A program made the position numbers and the translations under genes. Shown piece by piece: positions 8,293 through 16,246 of a DNA stretch of 32,000 bases (position 1 is its first letter; each line of letters opens with the position of its first letter). Origin of the DNA: Pyrodictium abyssi (GTDB lineage Archaea > Thermoproteota > Thermoprotei_A > Sulfolobales > Pyrodictiaceae); contig NZ_AP028907.1 of the NCBI RefSeq assembly GCF_036323395.1, positions 1,380,001-1,412,000 on the forward strand, read 5' to 3'. Under the pieces are notes generated by a model that was not told the DNA's origin, ran no database searches, and saw nothing but the letters and a program-made list of their open reading frames with translations.

Positions 8293-9645
8293 CTAACTAT
8301 TCTCTATTTCGGGGAAGTAGCGCGCTGCTATACGCAGCATCTCCTCGTCGCTCAGGGGCGTGTGGCGTCCACTCTCCTCGAACAGCCTCACTATCTCCCT
8401 GTATATCGCCTCGACCCGTGGGTCATCCTTGTCTATGGTCTCAGCTATCTTCTCTGGCAGCCGCGCACGCAGCCACATTACGACCGCCGCGCGGCCTCCA
8501 TAGGCTGTCACAGCTATGTCGGCTCTTCTCCCCACTATGCCTGGGTCGAACGGCAGGTACACCTCCGGGTTCTTCAGCAGACCGTCGATATGCACGCCAG
8601 CCTTTGTCCGGAACGCGTTACGGCCCACGACCGGCTGGTACTCTGGCACACTGTAGCCCATCTCCTCGAGCACCTCAACGACCCTTGGCAGTGCTTCTAG
8701 GTTCACGCGGTCGAGCCGCCCAGTGAGACCAACATAGTGGAGCAGCATTACCTCCAGCGGGCAGTTGCCAGCCCTCTCGCCTATACCTAGCAGGGTACAG
8801 TTGCTCATACCGGCTCCATGGAGCCAGGCTGCCAGATGGTTCGCCACTACTAGGCCTAGATCATTGTGGCCGTGGAACTCTATCTGCTCGGCTGCTAGCC
8901 CGGCCTCGCGTAGAGCCTCTATGAGCGCCGGTATCCCGCGCGGTGGCGCCACCTCAGGGAACGGTAGGCCCAGGCCGAGAGTATCCGCCACCTTTACGCG
9001 GAATGTTACACCGTACCGCTCGCTAAGGGCTATCAGCTTCTCTACGAATGGTAGTATGTTCTTCTCGAGACTCGCCCTCGTAGCATCCTCTAGCGTACAC
9101 CGCACAACTATGCCGCGTTTCATAGCCTCCTCGACTACCGTTAGGTATTTGTTGAAGGCCTTGTCCCTTGTCACGCCAAACTTGTAGTAGATGTGGTAGT
9201 CGCTTATACTAGTGAGTATAGTGGTCTCGTCGAGACCCGCCTCTATCACCAGCTTCAGGTCGTTCATGGTGGCCCTTATCCAGCCTATAGGCTTGGGGTA
9301 GTCAGCGCCATACTCCCTTATCCTCTTTACTAGCTCGCGGTCCCTCGGCGTGTAGAGGAAGAGTTCTGCTGACGCTATGGCTCCACGGCCGCCTAGCTCT
9401 ACCAGTAGCTCGTAGACCCTTAGTCCCTCCTGGACCGTTATCGGGCGCCAGCCCTGCTGACCGTCCCTCAGCGTGGTGTCGGTTACCACTATCTTCTCTG
9501 GCTCAAACCAGCGGGGTGCCTCCCCGTCGAACATTATCCGGGGAGGCGCCGTGTACGGAAACACGTCACGGTACAGCTCCAGCCCTGTTACGTCCGTAAA
9601 ACCGCACCACCCCCGTGTACCGGCAAGAGGAGGCAGAGGCAGCAT
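8293..9645 (-). CDS. HMGL-family 2-oxoacid:acetyl-CoA condensing enzyme (isopropylmalate / homocitrate / citramalate / Re-citrate synthase family); substrate unresolved
   Basis: 450 aa. Supporting motifs are VTDTTLRDGQQ and HGHNDLGLVVAN (the metal-binding H-x-H of the DRE-TIM fold). There is no LeuA C-terminal regulatory domain. About 55 aa of N-terminal extension precede the TIM barrel. Confidence 0.85.
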   Translation of the reverse strand: MLPLPPLAGTRGWCGFTDVTGLELYRDVFPYTAPPRIMFDGEAPRWFEPEKIVVTDTTLRDGQQGWRPITVQEGLRVYELLVELGGRGAIASAELFLYTPRDRELVKRIREYGADYPKPIGWIRATMNDLKLVIEAGLDETTILTSISDYHIYYKFGVTRDKAFNKYLTVVEEAMKRGIVVRCTLEDATRASLEKNILPFVEKLIALSERYGVTFRVKVADTLGLGLPFPEVAPPRGIPALIEALREAGLAAEQIEFHGHNDLGLVVANHLAAWLHGAGMSNCTLLGIGERAGNCPLEVMLLHYVGLTGRLDRVNLEALPRVVEVLEEMGYSVPEYQPVVGRNAFRTKAGVHIDGLLKNPEVYLPFDPGIVGRRADIAVTAYGGRAAVVMWLRARLPEKIAETIDKDDPRVEAIYREIVRLFEESGRHTPLSDEEMLRIAARYFPEIENS

Positions 9646-10161
9646 TACCCCTGCAAGGATGGGCTGCTAGCGGGTAGGCCGTGTAGTGCAAGGGGTGCTA
9701 ATAACTTGCCGGAGTTAGCGCCCGGACTAGTGATCGGTGGGACAAATGGGCTGAGACAGTTTCCGCACCAGAGGTGCGGGAGTCCGTACCTCGGTGCCCG
9801 CGGGTACACGGGATTTAACTCCTCTGTACATTATTGGATGCAGAATCCATCACATCCTCCATGTAGTAGGTGCTGTTTCTGTTACAGACTTGACCGCCTG
9901 GTGAACGGTTATGGGTACATGGCTTGACCTCTCTGTATATCTGCACAGTGCAATTGCTATGGAGGCTGTATACTGTTCACCGTCGGTAGAGTGCAGAAAG
10001 CGGTATACGTACTCCAGGAAAGTGCGCGGGAAGGCCTAGAGGATGCAGAGGAGGCTACGCTGTACTCAGCGGTTAAGGGATACGGGGCACGTGGCATGAG
10101 AGGACCACGAGAGTGGGAGGGGTGTGCCGGATAAACCTTGTTGTGGTATAGGAAGCGGAGG

Positions 10162-12060
10162 CTAGTAGTAGTACCATATGCTCTTGTAGTCTTCTGGGTC
10201 TTCGCCGAAGACCTCCTGTAGCTTGTCGAGGTACATCTTTATCGACACTATGTCTGTGTATATGTATGGGTCTACTAGCTGTATGTTCTTCTCCCAGGGG
10301 TGCCAGAGGTATACGCGGCGCCCATCGGGCCGTATCATTATCAGCTCGTGGTCCTGGCCTGCGCGCAGATGGTTCTTACCGAGCCTCGGCACATTGAAGA
10401 CTGGCTCCTCGGTGCGGAAGCTGCCTGGCAGCAGGCGTGCCTCCTCCTTACGCTCCTGTAGCATCCTCGCCACCGGTACGAGGTAGTCCTTGGTCTCCCA
10501 CTTGCCCTTAGGGTAGAAGTTGTAGTAGGGGTCTATCCCGGCCTTCTTCAGCGCTATCCTCAGCGCTACTGTCTCGAAGCGGCGGCTCACCCAGAACGTG
10601 TATACCTGCTGGTTGTATATCATTAGGCCGTTGCGGCGCAGCTTAAACGCAGCCTCAGCTACCTCGGGCGTCACCTCGTATGCCGACTCGAAGTGCGTTG
10701 ATATGGTTACCACGCGCTTGCCTGGCTCTATGTAGCTGCCGAGCATCTCTGCGAGCTCGTCCGTTATCCTGAAGGGCACGGTCACGAGTATACGTGTGCC
10801 TATGCGTATCAGCTCTACATGGTCTAGCTCCGAGAGCCTCTTGATAATGTGCTCTATCGTGTCGTCGCTTAGTATCATTGGGTCGCCGCCGGTCACTAGT
10901 ACGTCGCGTATCTCCGGGTGCTCAGCGAACCAGTCTATGGCCTTGTCTATGAGCTTCTTTGTCGGTATACCCTCGGGGTCCATCGCTGTTACTATCTCCC
11001 AGTTACGCTGACAGTAGACACATATCTGCGGACACGTATTGGCGGCCTTCAATATCGCTACCATCGGGTAGCGGCGGGTTATGAGCGGATGCGGGCTGGT
11101 ATCGTGCTCGCCCATGAAGTCGAAGTAGTACTCGCGCTCCTCACGGTGCTCTATCATGGTCTTGACGTAGTGGAGCGGGGGCAGCACCTGGCGTCTTACC
11201 TGGTAATCCCGGCTCCACGGGGCGTCTAGGTCGAAGAGGTGTAGATAGTACGGGGTTACGCCGAAGGGCACCTTGTACTCTAGGGCATCAACTAGAGCTT
11301 TTACATCGTCCTCGTCGAGGCGTACTAGGTCCTGGAGTATCTTGATCCCGCGACGGCCCTTCAGCACGTTGCGGAAGTGCCAGCGGTAGTCCCTCCAGTC
11401 ATCCATGCTGCCGCCGAGGACCTCTAGTATTCGTTTCACGTTTTCCCTTCTCTTCTCAACCACCTTGGGGTCTAGCCCGCTAGGGTACCGCTTGAGATAT
11501 TCCTTAACCCTCTTGGCTAGCTCGTCTAGGTAGTTGCTCCTCGCTACTCCGGCCTCGCGGCCCTTTATTCTGTTGAAGTCTACCTGCTCGAGTCCCTCAG
11601 CGTACTTCGCAGGGTAGATGTCGGGCCTGCCGTTTATCGCCTTGAATAGGTGCTTGAACTCGTATACGAAGCCTTCGTCGACTTCTTTTGCTGCTGTCTG
11701 GCCGTCCTTAGCTAGGCGCCATAGGTGGTATAGGGCGCTGTAGCCTGTGAGCTTCTCGTTCCTCGGGGCTATAATGTTCTTGAACACGCGTATCGCGTCG
11801 CGGGCTACCGCCTCTATGAGTGGGTGGAGCTTGCGCTCGCCGTTGAGCAGGCTCCACTCGAGCTGGTTTAGGTATAGGAAGAGGCTGCGCCTAGCGTCCT
11901 CGAGGCTGCTGGACGTGAGAAGTATCTCCTTTATGTTAGGGTCCTCGCTCCACAGGAACTCGTCGAGGTTTATGTTGGTGGCCGGCTTCATTATCTGTAG
12001 TGGCACGTCCGTGCGGTGTATCCTGGCGTAATCGTACTGTTCCTGCATCAGCATCTGCAT
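10162..12060 (-). CDS. KamA-family (lysine 2,3-aminomutase-like) radical SAM / PLP enzyme, long form
   Basis: 632 aa. It has the CPQICVYC cluster motif (Cys343/347/350), WRDYRWHFRN (aa 222-231) and a candidate PLP lysine in PRLGKN. The roughly 215-aa N-terminal extension has no motif I recognise. Confidence 0.85.
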   Translation of the reverse strand: MQMLMQEQYDYARIHRTDVPLQIMKPATNINLDEFLWSEDPNIKEILLTSSSLEDARRSLFLYLNQLEWSLLNGERKLHPLIEAVARDAIRVFKNIIAPRNEKLTGYSALYHLWRLAKDGQTAAKEVDEGFVYEFKHLFKAINGRPDIYPAKYAEGLEQVDFNRIKGREAGVARSNYLDELAKRVKEYLKRYPSGLDPKVVEKRRENVKRILEVLGGSMDDWRDYRWHFRNVLKGRRGIKILQDLVRLDEDDVKALVDALEYKVPFGVTPYYLHLFDLDAPWSRDYQVRRQVLPPLHYVKTMIEHREEREYYFDFMGEHDTSPHPLITRRYPMVAILKAANTCPQICVYCQRNWEIVTAMDPEGIPTKKLIDKAIDWFAEHPEIRDVLVTGGDPMILSDDTIEHIIKRLSELDHVELIRIGTRILVTVPFRITDELAEMLGSYIEPGKRVVTISTHFESAYEVTPEVAEAAFKLRRNGLMIYNQQVYTFWVSRRFETVALRIALKKAGIDPYYNFYPKGKWETKDYLVPVARMLQERKEEARLLPGSFRTEEPVFNVPRLGKNHLRAGQDHELIMIRPDGRRVYLWHPWEKNIQLVDPYIYTDIVSIKMYLDKLQEVFGEDPEDYKSIWYYY

Positions 12061-12286
12061 ATCTATTGCACCCGTTACGGGCTCAAACTGCGTAGACTGG
12101 TAGCTTAAGTACTTGCCCCCACTCGTGGCAGAAGGTCTTCAACATACGCCACTACCATACCCAGTGGCATTGCGGCCGAGGCTACACCTTCAAGCACTTG
12201 CTAAGACGCGCCCCTGGAGCCCGGGGGTACCGCCAGTGAAGCTATTGGAGCCGCCGTCTACCCCTCCGGGTGGGCTGTAGCCCGCT

Positions 12287-13270
12287 ATGAGGCCGCAGCC
12301 AGGTATACGTGTAGAGAGCCTGAGCGTCAGCATTGACGGTAAACCAGTACTTGTCAACGTGGATTTCTCTCTAGAGGAAGGGAGCTACCTGGTAGTTCTC
12401 GGGCCGAGCGGCTCCGGTAAGACCACGCTACTGCGGACTATAGCCGGGCTCCTGGAGCCCGAGGAGGGGCGGATACTGGTCGGTGGACGCGATGTCACCA
12501 GGTCTCCTCCCTGGGAGAGAGGCGTAGCACTGGTACAGCAGCTGCCTGGCCTCCTCCCCCACCTGACTATCGAGGAGAACATAGTGCTTGCCGCCGAGAT
12601 GAGAGCTGGCCTCAGTAGGGAGGCTGCTAGGGCCGAGGCGTGGCGCCTAGCTAGGATGCTTGGGATAGAGCACGTCCTCAACCGTAGACCCGGGCAGTTG
12701 AGTGGAGGCCAGCTACAGAGGGCGGCGATAGCGGTAGCGCTCGCTACAAGGGCTAGAATACTGCTCCTCGATGAGCCTTTGAGCCACCTAGACAGGCCTC
12801 TTGCCGAGCAGCTTCGGGCTGAGCTGCTGAGGCTACACCAGGCTACTGGTGTCACGATAATCCACGTGACGCACGACCAGGACGAGGCGCTGGCGCTGGC
12901 AACGCACCTAGCAGTACTCATCGATGGCCGTGTAGAGGCGTTTGGGAGGACCCTAGATGTCTACTATAAGCCGCCGTCTAGACGTGTAGCCGTTTTCCTC
13001 GGCCACAATGTGGTAGAGGCGGGCAAGCTCGACCCTGGGCGTAGAGGAGTTTTAGCTGTACCACCTGAGGCCTTACACCTCACTGGGGATGGGGGGTATA
13101 GAGGCCTGCTACGGGGCATTGTCCGCGAGCGTGGAAGGATAATAGCTTTCATCGACACACCGGCTGGGACTATGAGGGCCTACGTACATCCCCGTGATGC
13201 AGAGTCTCTACAGCCTGGGAGCCATGTCCGGTTTGACGTGGATTGGCGGCTGGCCCACCACCTCCCATAG
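12287..13270 (+). CDS. ABC transporter ATP-binding protein, CysA/PotA/MalK-like with a C-terminal TOBE-like domain
   Basis: It has Walker A GPSGSGKTT, a Q-loop VQQ, signature LSGGQLQR, Walker B ILLLDEP and H-loop VTHD. No permease or binding-protein gene is adjacent. Confidence 0.9.
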   Translation: MRPQPGIRVESLSVSIDGKPVLVNVDFSLEEGSYLVVLGPSGSGKTTLLRTIAGLLEPEEGRILVGGRDVTRSPPWERGVALVQQLPGLLPHLTIEENIVLAAEMRAGLSREAARAEAWRLARMLGIEHVLNRRPGQLSGGQLQRAAIAVALATRARILLLDEPLSHLDRPLAEQLRAELLRLHQATGVTIIHVTHDQDEALALATHLAVLIDGRVEAFGRTLDVYYKPPSRRVAVFLGHNVVEAGKLDPGRRGVLAVPPEALHLTGDGGYRGLLRGIVRERGRIIAFIDTPAGTMRAYVHPRDAESLQPGSHVRFDVDWRLAHHLP

Positions 13271-13298
13271 CATGTTTAATAGCAATGTATAGGTGTAA

Positions 13299-14189
13299 AT
13301 GCCTAGGTCTACTGGGGCTACGCGAGTGGCTGCGCATAAACGCTGGGTACAAGCCAGGTACATCGCATCGTTTCTGGCTTTGGTAGCTGCTGTTGCCACG
13401 TGTATACTCTACAACCACCTGGCTGCCAGCAGCAGGTACGGCGCAGACGAGACCCCCGCGCCTGCAGGCATGGAGTATGCTAACGGCTACTGCACGATGA
13501 CCAATCAAAGCCTCCACTGCAGCCTATACATAGTAGCCTATAGGGCGCTCCTCATGAAGACCATCAGTATAGGGCTAGGTGGTACTGCTACCAACGTCAC
13601 TATCCCTTGGGGAGGCATATGCATTCAAAGAGAGGCTTTCATAACAGTTGACGCTGGGATGCGCCGGAATAAGGCTGAAGGCTTGATCGCGGTCATGCCC
13701 TCGCCTGGAGCCGCTTTAGAGCTTGCATTCAACGCGTCTACACTACTAGACCTTGTAGGGAAGCTTAGCGGCCCACAGCTTCTGTCCACCTACACTATCC
13801 AAGTACCATCGGGGACAGCGTCCTCCATAGAGCTCAAAGGTGTAGCTCCGAGCACCAGCACAGCGTACTACCTCGCTGTCTCCCCCCTAGATTCCAGGCT
13901 TTATGGCGTGCTTCACGCTAAGCTGTTCATAGGGCAGGAGACCGTTGCGTGGGAACGCGCGGTAGACGGTCATATAGGCAGCTTTATCGTGCCTTTAGGC
14001 GGTGTAGCCGGCGTCAACGCTACCTCGGCGTATTCGCGCCTCATAATAGCCTATAGCTCGGGCGGCGGCATAGACTCTGCGGAGTTCACTGTTAGGCTGT
14101 ACTCCTCGGAGCCCCTGGTACTAGGCCTCATACTCGATGATGGGAGCATAGTTAGGGTGTCTATCCCCGTTATAAGTCTTGGCGGCTAG
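13299..14189 (+). CDS. Hypothetical secreted or membrane-anchored protein
   Basis: 296 aa. A basic N-region (HKRWVQAR) plus the hydrophobic helix YIASFLALVAAVATCIL is followed by a beta-rich domain with N-x-S/T sequons (NQS, NVT, NAS, NAT). TTTAATAG at 13275-13282 lies just upstream. The start may be the ATG at 13299 or the in-frame GTG at 13326. Confidence 0.55.
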   Translation: MPRSTGATRVAAHKRWVQARYIASFLALVAAVATCILYNHLAASSRYGADETPAPAGMEYANGYCTMTNQSLHCSLYIVAYRALLMKTISIGLGGTATNVTIPWGGICIQREAFITVDAGMRRNKAEGLIAVMPSPGAALELAFNASTLLDLVGKLSGPQLLSTYTIQVPSGTASSIELKGVAPSTSTAYYLAVSPLDSRLYGVLHAKLFIGQETVAWERAVDGHIGSFIVPLGGVAGVNATSAYSRLIIAYSSGGGIDSAEFTVRLYSSEPLVLGLILDDGSIVRVSIPVISLGG

Positions 14190-14898
14190 ATGGCCTAGCG
14201 AGCCGCCATCCCACGTGGCACGACGCGAGCCCTAGTATAGAGCCTGCTACCACGTCTACGAGGTAGTGGTTCGCGGTGTAGAGCGTAGAGAAGGCCATCA
14301 GGACTACCCATGCAGCGCCGGGGACTACCCTGCCGCTCATCCGCCAATAATAGTACGCGAATATGGTGGCCATACAGACGTGCATACTAGGCATGGCTGC
14401 GAATGGATTAGGGTCTACACGGCTCCCCAGGATAGCCTCCGCCAGCTCTAGTAGAAGATTCGGCGGCCTCGATACACCGGGTATAGCTATCCATGGCGGG
14501 GCTGTCGGGTAGAGTGCATAGACCAGAGTGGCCACGGTACTGGCTATCACGAATGACGCGAGCAGGCTACGGAACAAGCCTACGCAGCGGTATAGAAGGT
14601 ATAGGGAGAATGCTAGGAAGTATAGCGGGTGGACCGCGTAGACTATGCCGGTGACTATGTCGAGCAGCTCATTCCGGTGAACAGACAGTATGACGGCGAG
14701 CGGCTCTCCAAAGAGCCTCCTCTCTATACCTACTAAGGGCTCATACACTATTACGCCTCTTAGCGCTAGCGCGGCGCTCCGCGCAAGCTCGTAGCCGGCG
14801 TACGCTGCCAGGAAGGGCACGATGCCCGTGACTGCTAGCGCGGCAGCGCCAGCCGGTCTACAGGTGCTAACACGCTCTAGCCGGAGGTCCGCGGACAC
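14170..14898 (-). CDS. PAP2-superfamily integral membrane protein (Aur1/PAP2_3-like phosphatase or phosphotransferase)
   Basis: 242 aa and polytopic. It carries PSMH followed by YTANHYLVDVVAG (the H-x-x-x-D motif). Its 3' end overlaps the convergent 296-aa gene by 20 nt. Confidence 0.65.
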   Translation of the reverse strand: MSADLRLERVSTCRPAGAAALAVTGIVPFLAAYAGYELARSAALALRGVIVYEPLVGIERRLFGEPLAVILSVHRNELLDIVTGIVYAVHPLYFLAFSLYLLYRCVGLFRSLLASFVIASTVATLVYALYPTAPPWIAIPGVSRPPNLLLELAEAILGSRVDPNPFAAMPSMHVCMATIFAYYYWRMSGRVVPGAAWVVLMAFSTLYTANHYLVDVVAGSILGLASCHVGWRLARPSSRQDL

Positions 14899-14981
14899 TG
14901 CTGCTTCGCCTCGGTCCCTCTGTGCGCTGCTGGCCCCTCTACGAAGCTATACAGCACGCCACATAGGGGTATCCCCACCCG

Positions 14982-16076
14982 CTACCAGCTGCCGGTATGC
15001 ATGTAGCTGGCCAGCGCGCTGTGGCTTATGGAGCCTAGGTCTAGGAAGCGTTGTGCAGCCCGCCATCCCGGGCCGAGTATCCGGCGCAGCTTTGCTAGGT
15101 CTAGCTCACCGCGGCTACGCGCCTCTATTATCATCCGGGCCCTCTTTGGCCCTATCCCCGGCACGCGCAGGAGCTCGTGCATGCTGGCTGTCTCGGGGTC
15201 TACCGGGAACCACTCGGGGTGTGCGAGTGCTAGTCGCTTCTTTAGCGGGAGGCTAGACGGCGGTATGTTCCCCTCGTCGTCCGTTAGGGGCTCGAAGTCA
15301 CGCGCTCTGAACCCGTAGTCACGTATGAGCGTCTCCGCCTCGTAGAGCTGGCGGCTCCTCCAGAGAGGCGTGGGCCTACTACGCACGCTGGCGAGGGGTG
15401 TGCCGGGAACCGGTGTATAGGGGCTGAAGTGCACACGGCCTACCCCGGACCCGGCTAGGTACTCCACAAGCATTATGACGTCCATGTCGCTCTCGCCGGA
15501 GGCCCCGAGCACGAGCTGTGTGTCTACGCGTCTAGGGTTCCGCGCTACGCGGGCTGCGTAGAGGAGGCGGCTCAGCAGGTCCAGGCTCCACCCGCCCTTG
15601 CTCGGCGCTATCTCGGCGAAGAAACCGGGCCCGGGAGCCTCGAGATTCAGGCCCACGCGGTCCGCTAGCCGAAGTGCTTCGCGGACTAGCCAGAGCGGGG
15701 TCCCCGGCATAAGGCGTAAGTGTATGTAGCCACGGTAGCCGCGGCGGCGTAGCTCCTCCGCTACTTCTACTATGTCTAGGCTGACGCGCTCGGGGTCGCC
15801 GTAGAGCCCGCTGCTGAGGAAGAGGCCGCGGACGAGGCCCCGGCGGTACGCTTCGAGGAAGACGCGGACGAGCTTGTCGCGGCGCCATGCCTCCCGCTGG
15901 GCTCTCACGCCCCTGGCGAAGGGGCAGTACCGGCAGTCCATGCGGCACCCGCTGCTCAGAAGGGTCTTGAATAGGGGGCCGCCCGTGCTACAGTAGACGG
16001 GTATCTCTACACGCTCGAAGCGCTCAGCGCCCTCCAGGAGTATGCTAGGGTTTCTCCACTTCCAGCTCCACGCCAT
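14982..16076 (-). CDS. Radical SAM protein with C-terminal helix-hairpin-helix (putative DNA modification/repair radical SAM family)
   Basis: 364 aa. It has the CRMDCRYC CxxxCxxC motif, IHLRLMPG, YEAETLIRDYGF and C-terminal HELLRVPGIGPKRARMIIEAR (HhH). Confidence 0.8.
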   Translation of the reverse strand: MAWSWKWRNPSILLEGAERFERVEIPVYCSTGGPLFKTLLSSGCRMDCRYCPFARGVRAQREAWRRDKLVRVFLEAYRRGLVRGLFLSSGLYGDPERVSLDIVEVAEELRRRGYRGYIHLRLMPGTPLWLVREALRLADRVGLNLEAPGPGFFAEIAPSKGGWSLDLLSRLLYAARVARNPRRVDTQLVLGASGESDMDVIMLVEYLAGSGVGRVHFSPYTPVPGTPLASVRSRPTPLWRSRQLYEAETLIRDYGFRARDFEPLTDDEGNIPPSSLPLKKRLALAHPEWFPVDPETASMHELLRVPGIGPKRARMIIEARSRGELDLAKLRRILGPGWRAAQRFLDLGSISHSALASYMHTGSW

Positions 16077-16118
16077 AGGCCTCCGAGGCCCCAGGGAAGG
16101 ATCCGGCCCGGTATTACC

Positions 16119-16124
16119 TTATAG
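16119..16124 (-). promoter_or_regulatory. Candidate TATA box for the radical SAM/HhH gene
   Basis: CTATAA on the minus strand lies about 45 nt upstream of the ATG at 16076. Confidence 0.3.
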
Positions 16125-16246
16125 CGGAGACCGCAGAGGAATACCGCCACGCCACCTCAGGCTCAAGGATTAGTACGAGAAGGACTAGAGAAAGAGGAGC
16201 AGTACCCGGCATAGTCCCTGCCGCTATACACGGCTTGTGGGGAGCC

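Noticed and set aside
9706-9927. 73-aa plus-strand ORF in the 516-bp gap
   Set aside because: It has a TTG start with no promoter or SD context. The Cys/Gly/Pro-rich sequence has no recognisable fold signature and runs opposite to all neighbouring genes.
10010-10140. RNase P RNA-like fragments (CCAGGAAAGUGCGCGGG, GGUUAAGGGAUACGGGG...CGUGG/CCACG stem)
   Set aside because: AGGAAAGU matches the CR-I core, but the following residues do not (GC instead of CC). I could find no P4 3'-strand partner of the ACAGAA...CGGCUUA type. The pieces are only about 60 nt apart in a segment of about 130 nt, which is too short for RNase P RNA.
12385-12921. 178-aa minus-strand ORF antisense to the ABC ATPase
   Set aside because: A shadow ORF. 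The plus frame contains every ABC motif in the correct order.
15532-15948. 138-aa Pro/Arg-rich minus-strand ORF in another frame inside the radical SAM gene
   Set aside because: Extreme P/R/G/S composition. It overlaps the frame that carries the CxxxCxxC and HhH motifs.
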